From: Octopus sinensis
Lineage: Eukaryota
Reading direction: 5' to 3'
NCBI RefSeq assembly: GCF_006345805.1
Contig: NC_043001.1
Span: 22,444,001-22,508,000, forward strand
Length of the DNA: 64,000 nt
The position numbers were made by a program, and so were the translations under genes. The notes under the pieces were generated by a model. It was not told the origin of the DNA. It worked only from the letters and a program-made list of their open reading frames with translations, and did not search any database. Of this stretch, positions 37,406 to 50,705 are shown piece by piece (position 1 is the stretch's first letter; every line of letters starts with the position of its first letter).

Positions 37406-38666
37406 TCACGCATCTTTATTACTCAAACCTCACCACGTTTTATTGAGATGTTTTGACTAGTGACAAATACGATGTGTTGACGTTTCATTCAGTCTCTCTC
37501 CATCTCAGCAAGAATCCTCTTATCCTAAAGATGTTTACAAACGTAAATAAGGTCTACATATCAATCTAACGAACATTCCCAACAAAACTGGAATAATCGT
37601 TGTTATTATTTCCACTGTATCCTTCCTTTCATTTTCCACTCTTAATACTTCCTCTTTAAGAAAAGCAAAAGATTCTTAAATGTGAAAACACCGTCCAAAA
37701 GAAAACAAGTTAAAAATAATGAAGAACTTTATAATCTGTTTTGGAACGAATAGTATAACAGCTCGGCCTTTATTTATACAATAATAATATACTACCGCAT
37801 CAATATTAATGTGAGCTTTTTAACTAAACTGCCTTAAAAAGAAAGACAAAACTGTCTTCTTAGATATACTCTATTAGAAATAAATATGTGATGGTCACGG
37901 CTGGAATGTCGGTAATCATAGGTTTGCTAGACCAGAATAGGCTAAAATGTGACGAAAATGCATGTTTATATTTAAATAAACATACACATACAAACACTTT
38001 TTAAATGTTTTTGTATAGGTAATAATTTACAAACCTCCCACACATTCATATTTGTATTATGGTATTGGCATAAAGATTCTTCTGCACCGTAACGGAAGAT
38101 CTAATATTTCCTGATTAGTCTCACCAGCGAATGTGAAACTTTTATACATGTACGAGCTATTCATGCTGTGAAAATTAACGAATATTTTCATATTTGGAGG
38201 GATTTTTTTCCTGTAATTTATTGCTTTCACTTTCCTCTGATTTTGTGTTTTTTTTTAAATTCACGCTTGCCATTGACCATTGTGAGTAGAAAAATCAAAG
38301 TCTTGGAGAAAAACTGAATATGATAAATGTAAAAAAGTTTTTAATGTAATTTTATATTACGTAGGTTCATTAATGCTTGTTACAAACTGATGAATTATCT
38401 TTTTGCGACTTGAGTTATAGAAACAGACAGGTACGTGTTATGATAAATATCAGATATCGATCACGATTAGGAAATAAAATGATTATGAGATATAGAAAGG
38501 ATGGTCATATTTCTTTAAGTGCTGGGACAGCATCAGAGGTGTTAAAAGCTTTAATGATGAGAAATCAAACTCAAATTCCAAAGTCGGATAAACAGAGAGG
38601 CTCACCTCTATCCCACTGCGAATATAGTTAAATAAGTAATGGAACCAAACTTAAAGATTACGCAGG

Positions 38667-38724
<58 letters not shown>

Positions 38725-39369
38725 CCGTGGAGAAGAATTAGAATTTTTGTTTTTTTCGTCAGGTGAAAAAATCCTTAGAGAAAAAACCAAATTAAAAACT
38801 ACACTCCTCTTGGACAAGTTTCTTCAGGGAATATCCTCTTTGTTCTCTCATACTTTCCTTTGACTATCGTTCTCCTCACGTTACTTTCTTATGAATCTGT
38901 AAACAAATACTTCGGTGAGTTGGAAGAAAGAAAATCGAGAATAAATATGAACAGTAACATGCAAATATTTAAATTATATATTTAAAGAATATAGGTTAGT
39001 TTTGCAAACATGGAAGTTCCCTCTTCGCGTGGATAGGAAGCAGCTGAAGACAATGAACTTGGTTTATAAGCAACACACACCAGCCTTTATTAATATTTTA
39101 GTGTTTCGAATAAATATATTCAAAGTAGTTAAAGATGTTAATATTCATATTTACACGAAACCCTCCTGGATGACTACAGAGACCTTGTGTTTACATAAGA
39201 AACTATATATCTAATTAGCAGATGCATGTAAATAGATATCGGAGGAGATGCTAATTGCTGGAGTGTGTGTAGTCTACGTAGAGCTAGCGGTAGAATAAAG
39301 AATCGATATGCAAGGATATAGAAACATATATTCTAGACGTGGGCCATGACTGAGAAAAATAATCTAATT

Positions 39370-39850
39370 AAAAACCAATTAATAGATAAATCCAATTAGT
39401 AAATTCGAAATCGGAAAGTTCTTCCTTTGTTATCCAGAGAACCGAACTAAGAGAGAGGGCTGAATTAATAACACAAAAACAAACACCAAAACAATTACAG
39501 TTATAAGTAAATAAAGAAGCACTCAAGAGTTTTTTTTTCCGCTTCTTCGCTTTGTTAATGTATGTTTTTTTTTTTTTTTAAACGGGTTGTGTTTTCTATT
39601 AATTTTTCATTTCAGGTTCATCCCCTTTTATCTATAATTCACTGATTGAGGCAGAAAATCACCTTAACTAAAGTAGCATCAATAAAAAGATAATTTGAGG
39701 ACTTACATTGGGTTAAATTCACACTTATTCATGGTGATTGGCTATGGAAATCAACGGGCAATGGACAACGAATCATCAGTTAATGCACGAGCACTGCTGT
39801 TCCGCCATTGGTGCTGTTGAATGAACGGACTCCCTCCCGCCGCTCTGACG
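39370..39850. promoter_or_regulatory. Candidate CCAAT-rich promoter region (possibly NF-YA or bidirectional)
   Basis: CCAAT at about 39376 and 39393; ATTGG at 39707, 39737 (AGCCAATCA on the minus strand) and 39807; YY1-like CCGCCATT at 39802; locally GC-richer, unique sequence. Confidence 0.35.
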
Positions 39851-40795
39851 ACATTCCCTTTACACCAAATCATATAGCTTCATACAGTTTTAATAGACGT
39901 TAGCCAGGGACCGCTCCTTACACAAACATACATTCTCTATATCTAAAACGGACTTTGAAGCAGTTAATTAATAGATTTACCTTTTGATATATTCTATTTA
40001 CGTTATTGATTAAAGATCATGGATTATTTGTTAGTGCTGGTAGAATTATATAAGCTGAAGTATTACTAAACAGCAGTGATGTTTTTGTAATGGAATAACT
40101 TTGATAACCGCCCCCTTACATATCTCTGAAGATCTACCACCGCCCCAATCTACCAGCTCTGTGACTTAAATACTGTCTAGCAATAAATATACCAATACAT
40201 CCCTCCTATGCTATTTGTTTCATGTTTGAGAGGTGGTCCTCGCAGTCCATTCACATTTTTCGTTCATGCTAGCCTGGCTATTATATTAAAAGCAGTTTCT
40301 TAAAGGATTTTGAAAAAAATATCATTTTGAAGAGTAAATGTATTCATATAAATGTTTATTTTCCATCATGTAATTAGAAGTTTCTTGTGTAGCTCAATAA
40401 TATCTAATAATAATAATAATAATTAATAATGATTTATTCTTTTATTGGTCACAAGGGTTAATATAAATATACATAAAAGGACATGCAACAACAATAATGG
40501 TTTCAAATTTTGCCACAAGGGCAGCCATTTTTGGGAGTGGGGATGAGTCGATTACATCGATTGCCAGTGTTTTTCACTGGTACTTAATTTATCGACCCCA
40601 AAAGGATGAAAAGCAAAGTCGACCTCAGCGGAATTTGAACTCAGAACGTAGCGACAGACGAAATACTGCGAAGCATTTCGCCCAATGGTTTCAAATTTAG
40701 GCACAAGGCCAGCAAATTCAAGGAGGGGAGAAGTCGATTACATATAATAACAATAACAACAATGATAATTATAATAATAAATGTAAGAATATATG

Positions 40796-40889
<94 letters not shown>

Positions 40890-43800
40890 CGTCTGTCTGT
40901 CTATCTGTCTAATCTAATCTAATCTATGGACTCTAATTAGACACTCTCGCGTGCACACACATACTGATACACCTAGAGAAACATAATTATTAAACGTAAT
41001 CAAGAAAAGGGTTTCGATAAGTAATTACAAATGAAACAGCATCCCGTTATGTGAGATATTGAGTAAACCGGATAAACCGGACGATATCCGAGTTAACGGA
41101 GTGGCAGTCAGCAAGAGACTGACTGTCACCATCTTTGAGTACCGAAAGTGTGGGGGCGCTTATTCTAATTGTACTAGGTGACCGCGGCATACCAACATAA
41201 ATAGTAAATTCATCATAATGTCATGTTCACTCCATAGTATAATCACGGGTCTGAAACGATATGATGAAGATGACCCAGAGGCTACAAGTTGTTGAAGTCA
41301 GTATTTAATCATATATTTATTGTGATTGAAAGGAAAACCAGGCGCGTTCGTCCGATAGGGCAAAAAAAAAAAAAAAAAAGAACAAAAATAAATAAAGAAA
41401 GAAGGAAAAAACAGAAAGGAAAGTAAAACCGGTCCCATTTCATAATAGCATGTAAGAATTTTTCTGTGCGTGATTAATATTGATATACTAGTGTCGTTAG
41501 CTAGTGAAGCGTTCATATTTTGCTGACAATCATAGCAGAATCAGCCAAACGTATTTCCTTGAGAGAAATCCTGGTGGCCTTTTGGTGGAAGTATCAGGTT
41601 AGAGAAGGAATTTCATTCGCAAGCATGCATCGTTGCTCTCAATTATCTCTTAGCTTCTATTATCTTTACCTGCTAACATCATCTTGTTTCGGGTACCCGG
41701 TCGCTTCACACTGACCGGATCATGTTTGTCTCTGTGTTCATCTGACTCTGTTCCACTGTCTGATGTTCCCTACTCTTTTTATAAGCTGTGACTAGAATTA
41801 TCAAAGCTTCACTGATTTTCAGTCAACCATTTTTGGAGTCGTCAGAATTTTTGCTAACGCTTGTAGAAGAATTTGATATGTAGTTGTTGAGTGTCATTGA
41901 TCTGACTTTTCTTGATGTTATCACATCTGCGAGTTGTTTTGACCCGATTAAATATATTCGTAGAAAACCAACTGGCCAGATTTTTCGCTGACGTGGCAAA
42001 ATACCGATTACAACTTTCATGTTTGGAAACTTAAAACTTCCAAGTTCGAATTACAGTATAAATCTGCTACAAATCATAAGGAAATTAAATTTTATGTCAC
42101 TTATGAAATGTTGTGATTATTGTTTTGAGATAGCACTGCATACACTACAGCTAAGTGTATCATGATATGCACTAAATGGATGACAAGATAATGGATGAGT
42201 GATGGATATAAGGACCGACCGAATGCGAGCGACATTTTACATGTTTCTTACTACTCGCTTTTACATTGCTCACTAAGATATATATAATTTCTTTCCAGTA
42301 TTCCTTATTTCCTTCCAACTAATTAGCCCTTTAATTCGCCAACTATTCGAATTCATATATCCCTCTTCTCCTTACTTCCTTCTATCTGTATTCAAGCTGT
42401 AATTCATGCTAGAGTCATATTTTCTTATTCGCTTTCACACTCCCCTCTAAACACACTATGTATCCCAGATGAGAAATATGAATAAATCGTTGAAGTTTTA
42501 TTCAGTGGATCTGATTTTCTTTATAATAACTGGTATCATAATATAATCTGATCGAAAATTGCTTTCAAATCTATTAGGATGCTCTCATGAATAACTTAAA
42601 GTTTATATGCTTATCTTTTAAATAATACTTAAAAACCAGACAAGTAGACTCAACACCATAGCATCAAATACTTAGTGGTATTTCGTCTGTCTTTACGTTC
42701 TGAGTTCAAATTCCGCCGAGGTCGACTTTGCCTTTCATCCTTTCGGGGTTGATAAATTAAGTACTAGTTGCGTACTGGGGTCGATCTAATCGACTAGCCC
42801 ACTCCCCCAAAATTTCGAATCTTGTGCCTAGAGTAGAAAAGAATATTTATTTCTCTGATTCGACATCTTTTAGCTTTGCATTTTACGTTGTGGCTTCAGG
42901 AGAGAATAATAATCCAAAGAAGCATGTGATTATATTGGCGAACCAGAAACTGGAACTTATAGAAATTAGAGACTGGTTCTTCGGTGACAAGAGTTTGTGA
43001 AGAGTATCATGTTAACAAGCAAACAGTTTCAGTTATATATTGGACTAAATACCAACTGTTTAACTTTGAAATACATTGATGCAACCAGCTTATTTGCAGC
43101 TGCGTAGCTGAAACGCATTAAAGAATAAATTATAAATCATTCTCTATTGGTGGAAGGAAACATAAGGGATTTGCAAAATATATAGATTTAAAGTGGCAAT
43201 GACAAAAAGAGTTATCCATCAAGAATCCTGTGGTGACAATCTGTGGAGTAGAAATTCCATGTGTTGCTGCCTAGCAAGCTATATAAGCTTCAAAAAGTTT
43301 GAAGCCAGTGAAGATTATTTATGGCGATTTAGAATTCTTGACAGAATGATTAATAAAATTATAAATGGCAAAGCATGTAATGCACCGAATCGAATAAATC
43401 AAAACATCTTGGAAGGAATTGGATTACTTTATCCCCCAAATGTATAACAGACTGGAAATGGGATTATTGGCGGTTACTGGTTTCATTCTTGAAAGCTTGC
43501 TTTCATGAATGGAACCTTCATAGCTCGTCTTAAATTAAGCAAAGAATGTAATTTGGTGTTGTATTGTGCGAAAATCGATGGTATGCGCCCTATATAGCTG
43601 GCAGTCTTAAAGAAGTAACGTATCTAAGAGTTTTAAAGCATAATGCACCAGCTACCATTTCATTAATCATTATTACCATTTCATTAATCATGGCCCAACA
43701 TGCATATCCTTCATGAGTGCTTTTTCTCGCATTTCATTCTTGAAGCACGTAAGTAGCAGGAGGATATCTTCAAACAGCTTGCTGATGAGGTGAAAGCTCC

Positions 43801-44136
43801 ATAAAAATGAACCCGTTCACTCAGGTGACCACCAGCCCTCCAGTAACGATGGTAAAAATAGGGTGCATGTTCTCATCACTAAGTGTTACCTGCATGGTCC
43901 AGTCAATAAACCAATGTATAATTGTAGCTTACACCAAGTAAGATATTTCAGATGAAGTTCTCGTGGTAGCAGAGGAGCAAGATCTTAGGAAAGATACACA
44001 AAGGTAAAGCACTCTCAATGGTATCAAGAATTACATCCTTAAATATATAATATTTAATTCAGAGATTACAAAAATAGAAATATTACATTTCTAAATATCT
44101 CAGAGAGATATAAGCAGTAGTGGTACGATAGAATAG

Positions 44137-44400
44137 TTGTATACTGTCAACTTAATGTGACAGTCCCATGAAGGGAATCACACCACTGCTATTTAGCCCT
44201 AGGAAGCATCAACACTTCCTGTCGGCCTTGACATATTTCCTGTGTCCTTATGTTTACAAGGGGAGACAAGCACCTTCATCCAGCTAAGCCTGCATCCAGA
44301 GACTAGTTTCTGAGTCTTTGCTCGCCATCAGTCTGGAGTAGCATGGCCTAGTGGTGTGATTCCCTTCATGGGACTGTCACATTAAGTTGACAGTATACAA
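44137..44400 (-). mobile_element. 264-bp element with perfect 51-bp inverted arms and an internal hammerhead motif (Penelope pLTR-like)
   Basis: 44137-44187 is the exact reverse complement of 44350-44400; hammerhead-like motif at 44295-44337. Confidence 0.7.
44295..44337 (-). ncRNA. Minimal type I hammerhead ribozyme-like motif
   Basis: TCCAGA-CTGATGg-cGAG caaaga CTCa-GAAA-CTAG-TC-TCTGGA: 6-bp stem I, palindromic CTAG stem III, GUC cleavage triplet. A9 is replaced by G. Confidence 0.6.
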
Positions 44401-44773
44401 GTACTTTATTTAATTTAGTAATTTCGTAGAGGTCACTGAAGACTTTTACTCTCGACAATACTTAGAAGAAACGTCTGTACGATGAAGAGACAAAATACGA
44501 TTGGGAAAGATTCAAAGCAATGAATTTTCATTGTCAAAAGGTAAAAAAAAAAAAAAAAGACTTGGTCAGAAACTGACTACAAAACACAACGAGTGGTTGT
44601 AGATTCCGAGTGTTCATAGAAGAAATAGTGATTGAAGTTCTCGTTGGGGACAGCGAGGATGACGAACGCCAGTGAATCCCAAGTCTTTTTTATTTATGCC
44701 TCTCTCCTAGAATCTTTAATTTTTTTGTGACATTAATAGCGAAAAAAGTATCTAAATTTTGTAATGAATGGTA

Positions 44774-46041
44774 CGAGGGGCGTTCAATAAGTAAAGCCCC
44801 TGACCCACTTCCCATAGCAGTAGAGCAACGAAACTTGGCAAAGTTATTAGTCTTTTTCTACATAGGAACTACCCAGAGTTACGCATTTCTCCCATCGTTT
44901 GATGCAGCTCTGGATACCGTTTTTTGTAGAAGACCCCAGTTTGGTCCTCCAACCACGACGTGACTTCAGAAATCAAGGCTGCATCATCTGGGAAACGCTT
45001 TCCTTTCAAAAACAACTTCATGGCTGGGAAGAGGTGAAAATCAGAGGGTGCAAGGTCAGGAGAGTAGGGGGATGGGGGAGGAGTTCATAGCCGCACGCCT
45101 GTGCTTCTGATCTGGCGACAAGCGAGTTGTGGACCGGAGCGTTGTCCTGCAGGAGGAGGATGCCTTTGCCCCGCCTCTTGATTTTGATAGTTTCTCTTAA
45201 TTTCCTCAAAAGTGAAGCATAATAGGCTCCTGTAATTGTGGAACCCTTTGCCAGGAAATCTGTCATCACTACTCCGTCCTGGTCCCAGAAGACTGTGAGC
45301 ATGACCTTGCCATCGGAGGGCTGCACCCTTGCCTTCTTTGGAGGAGGTGAGTCACGGTGATTCCACTGCATTGACTGGGCTTTGGTCTCTGGATCATAGT
45401 GATGGACCCAGGTTTCATCCTGTGTAATCAGTCTTTTGAAAAATTTTGACTCATCTTCTTGGCACATCTCCAAATTCATCCTCAAGCACTCGACGCGTTC
45501 TTGCTTCTGGAAAGGTGTGAGCAACCTGGGAATCCATCTGGCAGACACCTTTTGCATATGCAAATGGTCATGAATGATAGTTTCCACAGACCTGGTACTA
45601 ATCTTGACCTCATGGGCTATTTGGCGAATAGTTATGCGTCGATCTTCCAAAATGGCAGCCTCAACTTGACGGACAGATGCCTCATCAATGGCAGAAGGGG
45701 GGCGACCAGATCTGGGAGCTGTTTCCACAGAGTTCCAACCATGTTTGAATCCACGATGCCATCGTTTTACAAGGTCATATGATGGGGCATCATCACCATA
45801 AGTTACTTTCATTTCATGAAAAGTCTCCTGTGATGTGCGTCCTTTCAAATACAAAAACCGGATCACTGCTCGACACTCAACAGGCTCCATTTCACACTTG
45901 ACTCAGTTCAAACACCTGTAAATCAGAAACCACAATTAGTTCAGAGCTGTAATTTGCCACTTAATCTATAGAGATATGAATAATTGCACATGCAAAATTT
46001 CAGCAAGTGGGTCAGGGGCATTACTTATTGAACGCCCCTCG
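44774..46041 (-). mobile_element. mariner DD34D transposon (irritans/Himar1-like), copy 1
   Basis: TIRs CGAGGGGCGTTCAATAAGTAA.., TA TSD. ORF from 45890 with RSGRP, WIPRLLT, ITQDETW and QDNA motifs; -1 frameshift at HPPYSPDLAP; 12-bp deletion relative to copy 2. Confidence 0.95.
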
Positions 46042-46484
46042 TATATGAAAAAAAAAACATGTTACTCTTGAAATAAAATTAAAAACATTTAGTCAAAATA
46101 AAAGTTGTAAAATCAATCAAATAATAATGAAATTTTAAATATTGCTTTAAATTAATTCTTTTATCGGGAAATTTATTTCAAAGGATATTTAAAAATTGAT
46201 AATTTGTAATGAAAATTTTTGAGCAAAATATTTATAAGAAACATTAAACAATTTTTCAAAGGTGATTTTAAAAATTAATAATGTAATAAACTCTATAAGA
46301 ATATCAATGCTCGTTAATTGTACATTTATTTTATATTATTCTATTCTTTTACTTTTTTACTTGTTTCAGTCATTTTACTGTGGCCATGCTGGAGCACCGC
46401 CTTTAGTCGAGCAAAGTGACCCCGGGACTTATTCTTTGTAAGCCTAGTACTTATTCTATCGGTCTCTTCTGTCGAACCGCTAAG

Positions 46485-46835
46485 TGACGAAATTCATTTC
46501 TAAGCGACTGCAAGCTTTTGACAGTCGGAAAGATACACGACTAAAGTCTGACTCAGCTGCGAAGGAAGTAGGAAAGGCAATGAAATATAATTCTATTCCT
46601 GCCAAACCAATGGGAATTTCACAGCATTTTCACTATTTGTCCATAAGTTATTGAGCCCATGATTAAATTCAGCTTGAGCAGTTTGATCACTGTGTGATTC
46701 AGTAAGACTTTCATTTAGTCTGACACCAACATCGGGTGCTCTTGTTCCAGATGGATCTACCACATAACTTGGAATGTTCATTTCCAGGAGATATTGGAAC
46801 ATAATATCCATATTATTGTACAGTTTTTTCAAATG
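46485..46835 (-). mobile_element. hAT (Buster/Charlie-like) transposase C-terminal fragment
   Basis: EHLKKLYNNMDIMFQYLLEMNIPSYVVDP..KFPLVWQE*..FIAFPTSFAAESDFSRV..LSKARSRLEM resembles the hAT dimerization region. Confidence 0.7.
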
Positions 46836-47600
46836 TTCTATCTATCTATCCGCTCAGTCGAAGTCGACTCTCGGTTACTCGATGGATCAATGTTCTTCAG
46901 CCAGTTCTATCCTGGGTCGCTTCTTTCAGATTGGCTATGGCCATTCCCGTGTCACTCTTCATGGTGTCGAGCCATCGGGCTCTTGGTCGGCCTCTTTCTC
47001 TCTTGCCACTGACCATTCCGAGCATGATGTCCTTCTCCGGGGATTTTCTCCGCATAATATGACCAAAATATGCTATCTATGATTGGTGATCCTAGCTTCT
47101 AGCGACAGTTTCGGGTTGATCTGGTTAAGAACTTCTCCATTGGTGAGCCTCGCTATCCATGGAATCCGTAAAAGTCTTCTCCAACACTAAAGCTCGACTG
47201 CATTAATTCTCTTCTGGTCAGCTTTCTTTAGTGTCCAGGTCTCGCATCCATATGTTGTTATTGGGAAGACAATTGCATTCACCAATCTGCATTTGGTAGC
47301 GAGGCTGATGTCTCTACTCTGCTCTTCCAGACCTTGCTCATGCTGACCATTGCCTCTCTGCCTAGTACTATCTGCCGCCTTATTTCTGGAGTGCAGTTAC
47401 CATCTCGATTTATTTTGGAGCCAAGGAAGATGAAATCATCAACCACTTCGATCTCTTCATTATCGATCTTGATGCTGATGTTTGTTGTGGCTGCCGTTGA
47501 CATGATCTTCGTTTTCTTGACATTGAGATACAGCCCAAATTTCTCACTCTCTTTCTTGACTGGCAGGATAAGATTCTCTAGATTCTTATTATGTTCAGTG
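46836..47600 (-). mobile_element. RTE/BovB-like LINE 3' fragment with (GATA)n tail
   Basis: ESEKFGLYLNVKKTKIM..IEVVDDFIFLGSKI..EIRRQI, YGCETWTLKKAD, GRPRARWLD. Another RTE scrap lies at about 49030-49240. Confidence 0.9.
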
Positions 47601-48014
47601 TACACTAAATAATCATCTTATTGCAGCTTCTCCTCAGTCGTGACAAATGTTTGAAAGTACATCGACTCCTTGCGCCTAATATTTACCCCGGATAGATTAA
47701 ATTTTTCAAATAAAGCAGTAGTAATCTCTCTTTAAATTAAATGGTTTATATTTTTATCTTGTTATTGTTTGTTCAGCAAATTTAGCTTTTCAAATATATC
47801 AGAACGGTAGAATATGACATATTTTGCAGCTAGGATTTCTTTTCGAAGCTGTTTAAGGAAACTCATTACTTTGAAACACTATCTGCAAGGTATACAACTG
47901 AAACTCAATTCATTGTCCAAGCCAATTCGTCCTAACCCTTTTCTAACTGCTAAACCTGCTGATGACATTGATAAGCAACCTGCTGTTGACTTGGTTCTTA
48001 ATCACTCCAGTGAT

Positions 48015-48328
48015 GGTGCGTGGCTTAGTGGTTAGGGTATTCGGCTCACGATAGTAAGGTCGTGAGTTCGATACCCACGGCGCGTTGTGTCCTCGAGCAA
48101 GACGTTTTATTTCACTTCGTTCCTGTTAACTCAGCTGGCAAAACATGGGTTGTATCTATAATTCAAAGAGTCAGCCTTGTCGCATTCTGTGTCACGCTGA
48201 ATCTCCCTGAGAACTAAGAGTACGCGGGTCTGTGGAGTGCTCAGCCACTTTCACGTTAATTTCACAAGCCGGCTCTTCCGTTGATCGGATCAACTGGGAC
48301 ACTCATCGTCGTAGCCGACGGAGTGCCA
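48015..48328 (+). mobile_element. SINE family S2b
   Basis: GCGTGGCTTAGTGGTTAGGGTATTCGGCTCACGA head and CGTCGTAACCGACGGAGTGCC tail. Also at about 16144-16460, 34105-34440, 35780-36088(-), 56951-57245 and 63194-63335. Confidence 0.8.
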
Positions 48329-49288
48329 GCTCTTTTCCTCAGTCTCGTCAGATTTCTTCGAGTGAGAGGGAAGGACAAGTGGAGCATCATATCGCTACTA
48401 ACCAATCAATAACTTCTACCTCACCAACATCACATCAAGGATACCTGTCGTTTAGCAATCAATTAGTAAATGAAATTAAGAATTTGTAGTTTTAATTTTG
48501 TAATTGTTACATTCTGTAATGCTAAATTTTGTTATGTCATGAGAGAGTTATTACGCCAATATTAATGAATTCAAATTCTGGCACAAGGCCGGCAATTTCG
48601 AGAGAGGGGCCAAGTCGATTACATTGATCCCAGTACTCATCTAAGGATCTTTACCTTTTGACCGACAGATTTAAAAAATAATTTTTTGTAACTAAACACT
48701 TTCAAACTTCGGATACTGGTAGGACGTGTCATATAAAATATCTTTTACTCTTAGCATTTTTGAGAAAAACTTATTTTTAGAAAGTTATTTCCCGTTAAAG
48801 TTGTCCTATTTCCGTAATTTCAACCAACCAATGACGTGTATTCAGTTGAATTCAGCTATGTTGTACTGCGTGCATACAAGCAGCCAAGCTCATGCTTCAA
48901 GTTCATTTTTTGATGTTGTTAGTCCACAAATGTCTTTAACGACCGCTTGCTCTCTTTCTCTCAACCCTTCCTGTCAGGGCGGTCTTAAGCAGTGACTTGT
49001 GGCATTGTATATCCAAAATAGGAAAACTTTGTACACTTGATTCTTGAGAATAGATGCCTTTGAACTTTCAGTTTTTCTAATACTACAACATTCATTACCC
49101 TGTATTTCTAGCTTAACCAGCCCAATCTGCAAAGGATTTACATCTCAAAGGCTTCTATGTTTTTCTACATAGCTGTGTACATTGTCCAAGTTTCTGCTCC
49201 GAGGAGAACAGTTTGCGTAATACAGCAGTTTGCTAATCTCAATTTTAGGTGCAATTTTGTCTTTTGAAATGAATTTATCTTAAATTCC

Positions 49289-49671
49289 GGAGGCGCAATG
49301 GCCCAGTGGTTAGGGCAGCGGACTCGCGGTCATAGGATCGCGGTTTCGATTCACAGACCGGGCGTTGTGAGTGTTTATTGAGCGAAAACACCTAAAGCTC
49401 CACGAGGCTCCGGCAGGGGATGGTGGTGATCCCTGCTGTACTCTTTCACCACAACTTTCTCTCACTCTTACTTCCTGTTTCTGTTGTTCCTGTATTTCAA
49501 AGGGCCGGCCTTGTCACTCTCTGTGTCACGCTGAATATCCCCGAGAACTACGTTAAGGGTACACGTGTCTGTGGAGTGCTCAGCCACTTACACGTTAATT
49601 TCACGAGCAGGCTGTTCCGTTAATTCGAATCAACCGGAACACTCATCGTCGTAACCGACGGAGTGCTTCCA
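49289..49671 (+). mobile_element. Full-length SINE family S2
   Basis: Near-identical to 63361-63751. Confidence 0.85.
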
Positions 49672-50647
49672 TCCATCTTAAATTCCAATATCCGAAAAAA
49701 AACTTTAAAATCCTCTGAATTCTTTCGAGAGGGAAGTTTGACGAACGAAAACATCCTGAATTCGCTTGAAAAAATTCTTTAAAAATGAATAAGGATGATT
49801 TAGCTAAGTATAAAGTGAAGGTTAGGCGTAGTTTCATGCGAACGGCGAACTGACATGAGCTATAATAGGTGCATTTCTATTAGTGAAAAGCAATACGCTC
49901 CTAAACTGAATTGTTTATATGTCAAGCAAAAGTGGACTAGCATCGAGACTTTTAGAGTATTATATTTAAATTGAATTATCAGTCGTAAACGGATAACATA
50001 TTTTAGGTTTGGGTCCCATGTATACTCTCGAATCCAAAGCATATTCGGTTCGAAAAATTTCGGATAACGAATCCTCAAATGTGTGTGTGTGTTGGTGTGT
50101 GTATGTGTGTGTTAACATTTATCTATTTATCGACATATATGTATGCATGTATTTTTTATATAATAAAGCAGAGTTTCTGTGTGTGTGTGTGTGTTTGTTT
50201 TTTGTGGATTCGAAAACTAAGTTACCGATTTTAACGTATGAGGTATCAAAAGATTCAGCAATCTTTCGGCTACTAAATAAAGTATGGTTTTTGCACAATT
50301 CTTTTTCTCGATAAAAATAACCTCGAAAACGAGGTCGGGTCGCACAATTTTGCGATCTTTAGCTAAGGGAGGCAACTCTGCCTGAACAATCTTAAAATGC
50401 ATAGATTTTTACCGTCAACTTTATTAGTATTATTTAGTAGATAATCTTTTAATGTGAAGTATGTTTGTCTGTGTTTTGTTTAGCACAGAGTTGCCTCTGA
50501 TGTAGCAGACCCATCGCATAGCTTTCTTCTTCCTGAAATACTGTAAATCCGTGTCTTTCTTTTGATGAAAGGGTGTATTTTAAGAGAGATTTTGCTGCTA
50601 TTTGTAGTAGCTCAAGCTCCTACAGTTTTATATCCTAGACAAACGAT

Positions 50648-50685
<38 letters not shown>

Positions 50686-50705
50686 CTAAATGGAGATAAT
50701 ATCAA

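Noticed and set aside
38377-38631. 84-aa ORF
   Set aside because: No recognisable motif or splice context; TTG start.
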